DNA from: Alphaproteobacteria bacterium
GTDB lineage: Bacteria; Pseudomonadota; Alphaproteobacteria; GCA-2731375
Length of the DNA: 64,000 nt
NCBI GenBank assembly: GCA_965225945.1
Contig: CBDDBZ010000039.1
Location: 1-64,000, forward strand
Direction: 5' to 3'
In this document: positions 53,075-62,870 of the stretch, piece by piece
Layout: every line of letters begins with the position of its first letter
Position numbering within the stretch: position 1 is the stretch's first letter
Position numbers and translations under genes: made by a program
The notes under the pieces: model-generated
The model's database searches: none
What the model was told of the DNA's origin: nothing
The model's input: the letters and a program-made list of their open reading frames with translations, nothing else

Positions 53075-53910
53075 GCGCCGGGGCACTGACGGCGGCAGAG
53101 ATCAGCACCTTCGAGGCCGAAGGTTACCTGAACCTCGGCCAGTTGTTCGACGGTCGCGAAGCCGCGCTGCTGAAGCGGGAGGCGGGGCGAATCGCCTCGC
53201 CGGAGCGGGAATTGTCGGAAGCCAACCTCCGCGACGCCGAGACCGGGCACGTCTGGCGGAGCTACGCCATGGATCTCGATAGCGAGATCTTTTACCTGGC
53301 GACGCGCCTGCCGCGACTGCTGGACCGCGCCCGCGCGCTCATCGGTCCCCACATCTACCTCTGGCAGTCGCACATGAACCACAAGCCGGCGGGCAAGGGC
53401 GAGGCCTGGCAGTGGCATCAGGACTACGCCAACTGGTACCTCGACGGCATGCCGCGCGGCGGGGTACGCGACGTCGTCACCTTCATGGTGATGGTGGATG
53501 ACTGCACGCCGGAGAACGGCCCGCTAAAGCTCATCCCCGGCTCGCACTCGGGGGGGCGGGACGAGGGCTATTGGGATTCCACCTCCGCCAAGTTCGCCCA
53601 GCAGGTGATCACGCCGGCGAAACTGGAGGCGCTGATCGAGGCGAACGGCGTGGTTCAGTTGCTGGGGCCGGCCGGCACGGTGGTGATGCTCACCGGCCTC
53701 GCCATACACGCCTCCTCGGAGAACCTGTCGGATCGGCCGCGCTGCCTCGCCTATTTCGTTTACAACCGCGAGGACAACCGGCCGACCCTCGGGCCCGGGA
53801 TGAGCGGCCGGCCGCACGTCTCCAAGTATCAGATCGATCTCTCCAAGCCGGAGATCGACGACAGGGCGGACGACGCGGCGCTCAGGCGACTGGCGGGGTC
53901 GGCCGAATGA
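53071..53910 (+). CDS. PhyH family dioxygenase (ectoine/proline hydroxylase-like)
   Basis: FEAEGY, WQWHQDY..W..DGMP, NGPLKLIPGSH, HASSENLS. Confidence 0.88.
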   Translation: MSAGALTAAEISTFEAEGYLNLGQLFDGREAALLKREAGRIASPERELSEANLRDAETGHVWRSYAMDLDSEIFYLATRLPRLLDRARALIGPHIYLWQSHMNHKPAGKGEAWQWHQDYANWYLDGMPRGGVRDVVTFMVMVDDCTPENGPLKLIPGSHSGGRDEGYWDSTSAKFAQQVITPAKLEALIEANGVVQLLGPAGTVVMLTGLAIHASSENLSDRPRCLAYFVYNREDNRPTLGPGMSGRPHVSKYQIDLSKPEIDDRADDAALRRLAGSAE

Positions 53911-54284
53911 GTGTCGGGGCCGGCGATCGAGCACTTCACCCGACCGTGACCGTCGCGACGGTCACGGTGGCGGTGCGCGGAGCGGAGCGCGACAAGACCG
54001 CCTTGACCCTCGGCATCCTCGCCTATCTCGGCGGCGGGGCCAGCGCGGTTTATCTTCCCTTCGGCGTGCTCGGCGTGCCGCTGGCCCTGATCCTCGGCGC
54101 CGTGGCGATCCGGCGGGGGAGCCGACTTCGGCAATGGCCGCCGGTCGGGGCGGCGGTCCTCGGCCTGCTGTTCTCGATGCTGTGGTTCGGGCTGATGGCG
54201 ATCGATTCCGGCGCCTTCCCCGAGCTCTTTCGCTGCGCCGCCATCGAGGCGCCCTGCGAGGCGACGGCGCCCCTCGCCGAATAA
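53907..54284 (+). CDS. Hypothetical membrane protein
   Basis: ATGA overlap with the upstream gene; three hydrophobic stretches. Confidence 0.55.
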   Translation: MSVGAGDRALHPTVTVATVTVAVRGAERDKTALTLGILAYLGGGASAVYLPFGVLGVPLALILGAVAIRRGSRLRQWPPVGAAVLGLLFSMLWFGLMAIDSGAFPELFRCAAIEAPCEATAPLAE

Positions 54285-54391
54285 AGGCGGTGGGATTCGC
54301 ACACGGCGGCGCATGGTATAAACTCCGATCCGCGCGCGGCGATCGTCCGTGGTCGTCGCCCACCGAACAGCGAACGCGGGAGAAAGCAACG

Positions 54392-55621
54392 ATGAACGCA
54401 ATCACGCCCCCCGACGGCGCGCCGGCGCTCGCCGGCATTCGGGTTCTCGATCTGACGCAGTTCGAGGCGGGACCCTCCTGCACCGAGGCTTTGGCCTGGA
54501 TGGGCGCCGAGGTGGTGAAGCTGGAGGAGCCGAACAAGGGCGAGCCCGGGCGCTGGAGCTTCAGCGATAAGCCGAACGTCGATGCCAACTATTTCATTTA
54601 CTACAACCTCAACAAGAGAAGCATCACCTGCAACCTGAAGTCCGACGAGGGCAAGGCGCTGCTGGCCCGCCTCGTCGCCGAGGTCGACGTGGTGATCGAG
54701 AACATGGCGCCCGGCACCTTCGCCCGGCTCGGCTTCAACTACGAGCGCCTGAGCGCCATCAACCCCCGGGTGATCTTCGCCCAGATCAAGGGCTTCGCCC
54801 CCGACAGCCCGCAGGCGGACTATCTCTCCTTCGACATGATCGCGCAGGCCACCGGCGGCACCATGGCCGTCAACGGCCAGCCCGACGGACCGCCGATCCG
54901 CCCCGGCTCCACCATCGGCGATACCGGCACCGGGATGCTCTGCTGCATCGGCATTCTGGGCGCGCTGTTCCAGCGCCACGCGACGGGGCGCGGTCAGCAC
55001 ATCCAGATCGCCATGCGGGACGCGATGATGAACTACATCCGCACGCCCATGAGCAAGCAGGTCCCGCTCGAGGGCGTGCTGCCGCGCCCCGGGAACGAGG
55101 TCGTCGGCACCTCGCCGGGCGGGCTCTACGCTTGCGCGCCGGGCGGGGCGGACGACTATTGCTTCATCTTCGCCAGCCGTGCCAACGAGGCCCATTGGCA
55201 CCGCCTGGCGCGGGTCATCGGGCGGGAGGACCTGATCGAGGATCCGAGGCTCCCCGACCCCTCCGCCCGCTGGGAGCATAAGGAGGTGGTCAATGAGGCG
55301 ATCACCGCCTGGACCTCCGGGCACACCAAGGAGGAGGTGATGGCCCGAGTGGCCGGAGCGGGTGTGCCCTGCGGCGCCGTGTTCAACACCAAGGAGCTGA
55401 TGTTCGACGAGGACCTGCATGCCCGCGGCATCATGACCAAGGTCGAGCATCCCCAGCGCGGCGAGGTCAACGTCGCCGGCTGGCCCTTGAAGATGTCCGA
55501 CAGCCACGTGCCGGTGGAATGTGCGCCGCTGCTGGGCGCCGACAACGAGTCGATCTACGCTGCCTGGCTCGGCTGCACGAGGGAAGAGGTGCGCGACATG
55601 GCCGAGCGAAGGGTGATCTGA
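54392..55621 (+). CDS. CaiB/BaiF CoA-transferase, formyl-CoA transferase-like
   Basis: LDLTQFEAGPSCT, NKRSIT, IENMAPG, IGDTGTG. Confidence 0.9.
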   Translation: MNAITPPDGAPALAGIRVLDLTQFEAGPSCTEALAWMGAEVVKLEEPNKGEPGRWSFSDKPNVDANYFIYYNLNKRSITCNLKSDEGKALLARLVAEVDVVIENMAPGTFARLGFNYERLSAINPRVIFAQIKGFAPDSPQADYLSFDMIAQATGGTMAVNGQPDGPPIRPGSTIGDTGTGMLCCIGILGALFQRHATGRGQHIQIAMRDAMMNYIRTPMSKQVPLEGVLPRPGNEVVGTSPGGLYACAPGGADDYCFIFASRANEAHWHRLARVIGREDLIEDPRLPDPSARWEHKEVVNEAITAWTSGHTKEEVMARVAGAGVPCGAVFNTKELMFDEDLHARGIMTKVEHPQRGEVNVAGWPLKMSDSHVPVECAPLLGADNESIYAAWLGCTREEVRDMAERRVI

Positions 55622-55639
55622 GGGCGGCGCCCCTTAGCG

Positions 55640-56020
55640 CTACCGCGTCGGCACGCCGTAGAGATACCTCGTGTTGACCTCGGCCTCGTTGCCGTCGGGG
55701 TCCATCATGAAGAGGGCGCGGCCCTTGCCCCGTTCGCCGTAAGGGCCCCGGGTGAAGTCCCTCCCGCCCTCGAAGCGGGCGACGATCTGGTCGAAGACCT
55801 CCTCCTCGACGGTGAGCGCGAAGTGCATCGGGCCGCCGCCCCGGTGTCGCCCGGTGTGGTTGCGGAGCTGCAGCACGATGTGGCCGCGCGCCATCTGCAG
55901 GTAGGTCCGCTCGTCGTCTCGCTTGTCGATCGGGATGCCGAGGAGTTGGTGGTAGAAGGCCAGCGCCTTCTCCATGTCCCTGACCTTGAGAAAGATCTCC
56001 TCGATGCCGATGACGCTCAT
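55640..56020 (-). CDS. VOC family protein
   Basis: VRDMEKALAFY..LLG, HFAL, DPDGNEAE. Confidence 0.85.
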   Translation of the reverse strand: MSVIGIEEIFLKVRDMEKALAFYHQLLGIPIDKRDDERTYLQMARGHIVLQLRNHTGRHRGGGPMHFALTVEEEVFDQIVARFEGGRDFTRGPYGERGKGRALFMMDPDGNEAEVNTRYLYGVPTR

Positions 56021-56136
56021 GGCGCGCTCCGTTCCCTCGGGTGGTGATGGCTCGCCCCATCATACATGCGAAACGGTTTGCGCCGGGAAGGGAGTCGTGG
56101 ATTTATCGCCGGGGACCGGCGCCGGGCCCGGCCCGG

Positions 56137-57359
56137 CTATTGGGCCGCCCGGCGGGCCGCCTCGGCCTCGGCGAGTTTCTGGAAGCCGTCGCGGCTCTGC
56201 GGCAGTTTCATCCCCAGAATGCGCGAGGCGACCACGGTCCTGAGGATCTCCGCCGTACCGCCGCCGATGGTGAACATGCGGGCGTCGCGGCACATCCGCT
56301 CCAGCGGATTGTTGCGGGAATAGCCGGCGGCGCCATGAACCTGCAGGGCGGCGTTGGTGATCTCGATCGCCGCTTCCGAGGTGAATATCTTCGCCTGCGC
56401 CGCCTCCAGCGCGTCCGGAAAGCCCTCGCCGGCATTCTCGGCGGCGCGCCAGATCAGCGCGCGGCTGGCGGCGAGCTTGGTGCTCATGTCCGCCAGCATC
56501 CATTGCAAGCCCTGGAATTCGGCGATCGGGCGGCCGAACTGCTCTCGCTCGCGGGCATAATCGAGGGCCAAGAGGTAGGCCCCCTCGGCGAGCCCCAGGG
56601 CCACGGTCGCGGCGCCGACGCGCTGGCTGTTATAGGCGTTCATCAGGTCGGCGAAGCCCTTCTTCAGACCCCTCGGCGGCAGCACCAGCATCGAAGGCGG
56701 CAGCTCCATGTCCTCCAGGATCACCTCGGCCTCGGGAATGCCGCGCAGACCCATGGTCGGCTCGCGCTCGCCGATCCGCAGGCCCTCGGTTTCGCCCCTG
56801 ACGGCGATGAAGCCGCCGATCCCCTCCTCCTCGCCGGCCTCGTCGAAGACCCGGGCGAAGATCAAGTGCAGGCGCGAGACGCCGCCACCGGTGATCCAAT
56901 GCTTCTTGCCGTTCAGGACATAAGCGTTGCCACGCTTGTCGGCGCGGGTGGTCATCTCGCTGGCGGCGCTGCCGGCATCCGGCTCGGTGATGAGAATCGC
57001 CGGTTGTCGCCGGACAGCACAAGACCGGCGGCGAGCCGCTTCTGCGCCTCCGTGCCGTAGGCCATGATGGCGCTGAGGGCGCCCATGTTGGCCTCGACCG
57101 CGATCCGCCCGGTGACGCCGCAGACCTTCGCCATCTCCTCGATCACCAGGACCGCGTCCATGTAGGTGAGGCCGCCGCCACCGAGCGCCGTCGGAATGGT
57201 CATGCCGAAGAAGCCGGCCTCGCACAGCTTCTCGACGTTTTCCCAGGGGTATTGCTCGCTTCTGTCGACCTCCGAGGCGCGCGGCCGGATTTCGCCCAGG
57301 GCGAGTTCGCGGGCCTTGGCGCGCAGGCTCTCGCGCTCGGGGCTCAGACGGTCGGGCAT
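56137..57359 (-). pseudogene. acdA: 3-sulfinopropionyl-CoA desulfinase-like acyl-CoA dehydrogenase homolog with a frameshift at about 57004
   Basis: EQYPWENV, GRI, GD[K]PAI.ITEPDAGSAASEMTTRADK, WITGGGVSRLHLIFARVFD, AYNSQRVGA, MKLPQSRDG; N- and C-halves lie in different frames. Confidence 0.8.
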
Positions 57360-57405
57360 GGCGATGACTCCCTGGTCGAACCCGGAGCGAGCGCGGCGCG
57401 GGGCC

Positions 57406-57975
57406 TCAGCTCGACAAGCGGGTCAGATAGATGTTGATCTGTTCGTTGCGGGTCGGCGCATGGGCCACCAGATACTCCGCGTCCTCGGCCACGAAATAGA
57501 TCTTGGTGGTACCCGCCGAAGCGCCGTCGGCGACGATGCGATTCCAGACGTCGTCGCCCAGAATGCGCTGGGCACAATCGATTTCATAACGCTCGAACAG
57601 CTGTCGCGTGGTGGCGCCGAGCTCCACCAGTTCGCCGGTCCGGGTCGCGCGGAACACCGGATCGGGCTTACGCTCGGGAAAATCGGCGATCGATTCGATC
57701 CGCCGGTTCTTGTAGCGCGCCGCCACGGCCGAATAGATGCCGACACAGAACGGGAAGGCAAAGGCGAGAAACACCGAGAACAGCGTCAGGCCCGGCCTGA
57801 GGTCGAATTCGCGCGCGAACATGGCGAAAGGGTCCCTGTCGGTGCGGAACCAGGGCACCAGGAGCTGGCCATAGAGATTGATCAAGATGCCGACGATGGC
57901 GGCGAGAACGTAAGTCGCTCGATCGTGCAGCTTGTCGACGATCAATCGACGGATGAGCCGATAATCCATCGCCAT
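57406..57975 (-). CDS. Membrane protein: NrtS-like 2-TM N-terminus plus PAS-like C-terminal domain
   Basis: AAIVGILINLYGQ...AFPFCVGIYS, then ADFPERKPDPVFR...INIY, which aligns with the repeats of the neighbouring cyclase. Confidence 0.6.
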   Translation of the reverse strand: MAMDYRLIRRLIVDKLHDRATYVLAAIVGILINLYGQLLVPWFRTDRDPFAMFAREFDLRPGLTLFSVFLAFAFPFCVGIYSAVAARYKNRRIESIADFPERKPDPVFRATRTGELVELGATTRQLFERYEIDCAQRILGDDVWNRIVADGASAGTTKIYFVAEDAEYLVAHAPTRNEQINIYLTRLSS

Positions 57976-58105
57976 CCCTCGCAGTCCGGCGTGTCGGTCC
58001 CGTGCGAGGGACCGCGTTTGCGATGCGCCCCTCGCCCTTCCGGCACTGTCTCGACAGCCGCCGAAAGCTAGCTCATCGGCCGCGCGAAGTCGAGGCGAGC
58101 GGCGC

Positions 58106-60316
58106 TTACTTCACGGTTATCTCGGTGATGGCGCTCCAGTTTTCCGGCGGCGGTCGGGCCATGTAGCGCCAGCAGCGGTCGAGGTAGATCTGCGTCGGGC
58201 GATCGTTCGGATTGCACCCGAGGGCCTCGGTGAAGCGCTCCGCCCCCTGCCGCCATTGGCGCTGGCGATAAAGCCGCCGGCCCTCGGCGAAGGCGGCGAG
58301 CGCCTCGTCCAGGCGGGGAAAACTCGCCTCGGTGTGGTGATCGAGAATCTCATGGAGCATGATCGGCCGCTCGCGCCCCGGCACGCGGACGCGGTCGATC
58401 TCCCGGTAGCGCCAATCGGCCTTGAGGCGGGCGAGGGTATCCTCGCTCACCAGGATTCTGGTGCCGTAATACTTGTTGGCGCCCTCGATTCGGCTGGCGA
58501 CGTTCACGTGATCGCCGATCACGGTGTAGTCCATCCGCCTCGGCGAGCCGATGGTGCCGGCCACGACGGGGCCGGAGTCGATGCCGACGCCGATGACGAT
58601 TTGCTCGCCGCGCTCGGCCTGCATTCGGGCGTTGAAGTCCTTCAGTTGGACCAGCATCTCGACCGCCGTGGCGACGGCGTTGTCGGCATCCTCGGGTCCC
58701 TGGAAGGGGGCACCGAACACGGCCATGAGCGCGTCGCCGATGAACTTGTCGAGCGTGCCCCCATGCTTGAAGACGATGTCGACCATGGTGGTGAAATATC
58801 GGTTCAGAATCTCCACCATTTCCCGCGCGTCGAGCCGTTCCGAAAGGCTGGAGAACTCGCGGATGTCGGAGAAAAAGATCGCCGCTTCCTGACTGGTGCC
58901 GCGCAGCATGGCCTCCTCGTTGTCGAGCAAGCGCTCGACGACGCTGTCGGACATGAAGCGGACCATGGTCCCCTTGATCCGCTTCTCGCGGGTGATGTCC
59001 TCGAGGATCAACATGCAGCCGGCGCCACCACCCAGGGGAACCGTCGTCAGGTTGACCGAGATCGCCTCCTCGGCGCCGACGTCGAGTTCGTGGTCGAGCT
59101 CGATGCCCGAGCCGCCGGTCGCGATCGTCTCCCGTAGGCGGGAGACGATGGCCTCGTTCCCCGGCCAAAGGTTGCGAGCGGCGAGACCCTCGACCGCCCC
59201 CTGCAATCGCAGGATCGCGCGGGCCGCCGGGTTGGCCATGGTGACCTGGAGCTCGCGATCGAAGGTGACGACGCCGTTGGAGAGGTTTTCGAGAATGTTC
59301 TCGTTGAAGTTCTTGGCGTCGATCACCTCTTGTTGGGCGCGCCGCTCCTCGGTGACGTCGCGGCCGTAGAGGTTGACGTAGTCGGCCCCCGCCACCGGCG
59401 TCAGCGCGAAGACGAAGGTCCGCTCGCCGCTGTGGAATTCGGCGAAACTGTTCTCCTCGGCGGCGCCGGCGGCGATCACAACGTCGCGCAATTCCCTCGC
59501 CAGCGCCGCGCCGTCGATCAAGCCGGAAAGCCGTCGTCCGGCCTGGTTGGAGAACAGCACCTCGCCGTCGCGGTGGACGCGCAGCACCGGGTTCGGATTT
59601 TCCTCCGGGAACTTGGCGAGGTCGTGCACCTCGCGAAGCGCGCGCCGCTCCTCCGTCACGTCGCGGCCGTAGAGGTTGACGTAGTCGGCCCCCGCTACCG
59701 GCGTCAGGGCGAAGACGAAGATGCGATCGCCGGCTTCGAACTCGGCGACGCGGTTGGCGCCCTCGCCGTAGGCCTCGCTCACCTGGGCGGCGAGCGCCGG
59801 GTCGAGCACGCCCGCGTCGAGCAGCCCCGGGAGTCGCCGGCCGGCCTGGTTCGAGAACAACACCCCGCCGTCACCGGCAACGCGCAGCACCGGGTTCGGG
59901 TTCTCCTCGGGGAACTTGGCGAGATCGCGCACCTCGCGGAGCGCGCGCCGCTCCTCCGTCACGTCGCGGCCGTAGAGGTTGACGTAACCGGCGCCCTCCA
60001 CCGGCGTCAGGGCGAAGACGAAAATCCGCTCCTCGCTCTCGAATTCGGCGAAGCGGTTGGCGCCTTCGCCGTCGGCCCGGGCGACTTCCTCCCGCAGTGA
60101 TGTGGTCAACGCCTCGCCGTCGAGCAATCCCGACAGTCGCCGCGCCGCGCCGTTCGAGAACACCACCGCGCCGTCGCCGGCGACGCGCAGCACGGGGTTC
60201 GGGTTCTCCTCCGGAAAGGTGGAGAGGTCCATTCCGCTCGGCGTGGTCTTGGCCCGGCGCGCGGCGAGCCGGCTTGCGCCGCGCTCCGAAGCATCTCGGT
60301 CGGACGCGCGATTCAT
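58106..60316 (-). CDS. Soluble class III adenylate/guanylate cyclase with 3 tandem PAS-like repeats, a further PAS and a C-terminal TPR-like tail (alternative start 60232)
   Basis: FPEENPNPVLRV x3; FSDIREFS, DKFIGDALMAVFGAP, YTVIGDHVNVASRIE. Confidence 0.92.
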   Translation of the reverse strand: MNRASDRDASERGASRLAARRAKTTPSGMDLSTFPEENPNPVLRVAGDGAVVFSNGAARRLSGLLDGEALTTSLREEVARADGEGANRFAEFESEERIFVFALTPVEGAGYVNLYGRDVTEERRALREVRDLAKFPEENPNPVLRVAGDGGVLFSNQAGRRLPGLLDAGVLDPALAAQVSEAYGEGANRVAEFEAGDRIFVFALTPVAGADYVNLYGRDVTEERRALREVHDLAKFPEENPNPVLRVHRDGEVLFSNQAGRRLSGLIDGAALARELRDVVIAAGAAEENSFAEFHSGERTFVFALTPVAGADYVNLYGRDVTEERRAQQEVIDAKNFNENILENLSNGVVTFDRELQVTMANPAARAILRLQGAVEGLAARNLWPGNEAIVSRLRETIATGGSGIELDHELDVGAEEAISVNLTTVPLGGGAGCMLILEDITREKRIKGTMVRFMSDSVVERLLDNEEAMLRGTSQEAAIFFSDIREFSSLSERLDAREMVEILNRYFTTMVDIVFKHGGTLDKFIGDALMAVFGAPFQGPEDADNAVATAVEMLVQLKDFNARMQAERGEQIVIGVGIDSGPVVAGTIGSPRRMDYTVIGDHVNVASRIEGANKYYGTRILVSEDTLARLKADWRYREIDRVRVPGRERPIMLHEILDHHTEASFPRLDEALAAFAEGRRLYRQRQWRQGAERFTEALGCNPNDRPTQIYLDRCWRYMARPPPENWSAITEITVK
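59309..60217 (-). repeat. Three intragenic 303-bp tandem repeat units
   Basis: The Phe codon of FPEENP starts at 60217, 59914 and 59611 (spacing 303). Confidence 0.9.
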
Positions 60317-60469
60317 CGCCGCCCCCCTCGGATCAGAAGCTGAATTCTCTTATACGCCCGTCGACCGACACTGGCGAGCCGTTGGCGGCCGTGGCGCACC
60401 CCTCGAGCGCCGTCTCGTCGCCGCGCGAGAAATCTGCTATGAGGCGCCGATCCATCCACAGGCGACCAC

Positions 60470-60546
60470 GCGCCCGTAGCTCAGTCGGATAGAGCACTTG
60501 ATTCCTAATCAAGGGGTCGCAGGTTCGAGTCCTGCCGGGCGCGCCA
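60470..60546 (+). tRNA. tRNA-Arg (anticodon CCT)
   Basis: GCGCCCG acceptor stem, CTTGA-TTCCTAA-TCAAG anticodon arm, GGTTCGAGTCC T-arm, encoded CCA; 77 nt. Confidence 0.97.
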
Positions 60547-60768
60547 CCTATCGGATGTGAGAATTCGATTTCGTCACCGCCCTCGCCCGCCTGGCGGGAC
60601 CTGGGCAAGTCGTCGACGTTATCGTTATTTTCGGCCCACGCCCCGGCGCGGCAAGTGCAATCGGCTTGGCACTGGCCACCAAATGCTTGTCGATCCAGCC
60701 TCGAGGGATGCAGCATGAGCCCCCTACAAGCGAGGCAACGTCATCGTTCGCAGGAGGAAGCTATCGTG

Positions 60769-62430
60769 ATGGGAACGGAAGCGGGGATCAAAGCTTCGGA
60801 TCTCTTGGTCAGGGCGCTGGAGAACGAGGGCGTGGAGTATGTCTTCGGGGTCCCCGGCGAGGAAAATCTCGACTTTCTCGAGTCGCTCAGGACCTCGAGC
60901 ATCCGGCTGGTCTTGACCCGTCACGAGCAAGCCGCCGGCTTCATGGCAGCGACCTACGGGCGCCTGACCGGCAAGGCCGGGGTCTGCTTGGCGACCCTCG
61001 GTCCGGGCGCCACCAACTTCGTGACCGCGGCCGCCTATGCCCAGCTCGGCGCGATGCCGATGGTGATGATCACCGGCCAGAAGCCGATCAAGGTCAGCAA
61101 GCAAGGCCGTTTTCAGATCGTCGACGTCATCGCCATCATGCGCCCGGTGACCAAGCTCGCCAAACAGATCGTCGACGGCGGCACGATCCCGAGCCTGGTG
61201 CGCGAGGCGTTCCGGCTGGCCGAGGAGGAACGGCCCGGCGCGGTGCTGCTGGAACTGCCCGAGGACATCGCCGCCGAGCAGGTGGCGGACGATGCGCTGT
61301 TTCCCGCCACGACGCCCCGGCGACCGAATTGCAGCGATGCGGCGATCGACGATGCCGCGGCCATGATCCGCGCGGCCACGCGCCCGTTGCTGCTGGTCGG
61401 CGCCGGCGCCAACCGCAAGCAGATCATCGACGCGCTAGAGCTCTTCCTCGCCAAGACCGGCATCCCCTTCTTCAACACCCAGATGGGCAAGGGGGTGATC
61501 GGCGGTTTCCACCACCTCTACATCGGCACCGCGGCGCTGTCCGACGGCGATTATCTGCATTGTGCCGTGGACCGTGCCGATCTCGTCATCAACGCCGGCC
61601 ACGACGTGGTCGAGAAACCGCCCTTCTTCATGGAGCACGGCGGCAAGCAGGTGATCCATATCAACTTCAACCCGGCCCATGTCGACCAGGTGTATTTTCC
61701 GCAGCTTGAGCTGATCGGCGACGTCGCCTCCAGCTTCCACCGCCTCGCGGACAAACTGGAGCCGGTGGCGAGCCACGATTTCGACTATTTCATGGCTGTG
61801 CGCGAAGAAGTGCTGGCGCATATCGCCGAGGGCACGGACGATCCGCGCTATCCGCTGGCCCCGCAACGCATCGTCGCCGACGTTCGCGCCGTGATGCCGG
61901 ACGACGGGGTGATCGCGCTCGACAACGGCGTCTACAAGATCTGGTTTGCCCGCAATTATCTAACCCGGCAGCCGAACACGGTGCTGCTCGACAACGCGCT
62001 GGCGAGCATGGGGGCGGGCCTGCCGTCGGCGATGACGGTGGCGTTGCTGTATCGCGACCGCAAGGTGATGGCGATTTGCGGCGACGGCGGCTTCATGATG
62101 AACAGCCAAGAGCTGGAGACCGCGGTTCGTCTCGGCCTCGATCTGGTGGTGCTGATCCTGAGGGACGATGCCTATGGCATGATCCGTTGGAAGCAGGCGG
62201 CCCAGGGCCTGCCCGACTGGGGTCTCGAATACGGCAACCCCGACTTCGTCAAGTATGCCGAAAGCTACGGTGCCTCGGGCCATCGCGTCGGGGCGACAGC
62301 AGACTTGGTGCCGATACTGGAACGGTGCTTCGGGGCGGGCGGCGTCCAGGTGGTCGAGGTGCCCGTCGATTATGGCGAGAACCAGCGCGTCTTGATCGAC
62401 GAACTGGCGGCGCGCGCCTGCCGGATCTGA
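60769..62430 (+). CDS. Acetolactate synthase large subunit-like TPP enzyme
   Basis: FGVPGEENL, TRHEQAAGFMA, LGPGATN, GDGGFMMNSQELET. Confidence 0.92.
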   Translation: MGTEAGIKASDLLVRALENEGVEYVFGVPGEENLDFLESLRTSSIRLVLTRHEQAAGFMAATYGRLTGKAGVCLATLGPGATNFVTAAAYAQLGAMPMVMITGQKPIKVSKQGRFQIVDVIAIMRPVTKLAKQIVDGGTIPSLVREAFRLAEEERPGAVLLELPEDIAAEQVADDALFPATTPRRPNCSDAAIDDAAAMIRAATRPLLLVGAGANRKQIIDALELFLAKTGIPFFNTQMGKGVIGGFHHLYIGTAALSDGDYLHCAVDRADLVINAGHDVVEKPPFFMEHGGKQVIHINFNPAHVDQVYFPQLELIGDVASSFHRLADKLEPVASHDFDYFMAVREEVLAHIAEGTDDPRYPLAPQRIVADVRAVMPDDGVIALDNGVYKIWFARNYLTRQPNTVLLDNALASMGAGLPSAMTVALLYRDRKVMAICGDGGFMMNSQELETAVRLGLDLVVLILRDDAYGMIRWKQAAQGLPDWGLEYGNPDFVKYAESYGASGHRVGATADLVPILERCFGAGGVQVVEVPVDYGENQRVLIDELAARACRI

Positions 62431-62541
62431 TCTCCCGCAACGGCGTCCCGCGCCCCCGATGTCGGGCTCGCCGATCTCCGGGCTCGCGGCCAGGCGTGAT
62501 CGGGGTAAACTCCGCCGGCGCGACCATAGGGGGGACGGCAC

Positions 62542-62853
62542 TTGAACGAGCAGGCGAGCGACGGCGCCCAGATCCTCGATCGGCTCTACGAGGTGATCGA
62601 ATCGCGTCGGGGCGGAAACCCGAAGGAATCGCGGACGGCACGGCTTTTCGATCGGGGCCTGAACAAGATCTGCCAGAAGGTCGGCGAGGAGGCGACGGAG
62701 ACCGTGGTGGCGGCGCTGGTCGAATCGGACAAGCGCCTGGTCTCCGAGAGCGCGGACTTGATCTATCACCTGATGGTGCTGCTGGCGGCGCGCGGGATCC
62801 GGCCGGAGGCGGTCTGGGCCGAGCTCGCCGAACGCGCGTCCGAGCGGAAGTAG
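62542..62853 (+). CDS. hisE: Phosphoribosyl-ATP pyrophosphohydrolase
   Basis: QKVGEEATE, ESADLIYHLMV, ELAER. Confidence 0.93.
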   Translation: MNEQASDGAQILDRLYEVIESRRGGNPKESRTARLFDRGLNKICQKVGEEATETVVAALVESDKRLVSESADLIYHLMVLLAARGIRPEAVWAELAERASERK

Positions 62854-62870
62854 AAGCGGCGAGACAACCG

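Noticed and set aside
60650-60685. Sigma54 or CIRCE-like TGGCAC motif upstream of the ALS-like gene
   Set aside because: Spacing and second half-site do not fit either consensus.
60333-60716. 127-aa ORF
   Set aside because: Antisense read-through of tRNA-Arg.
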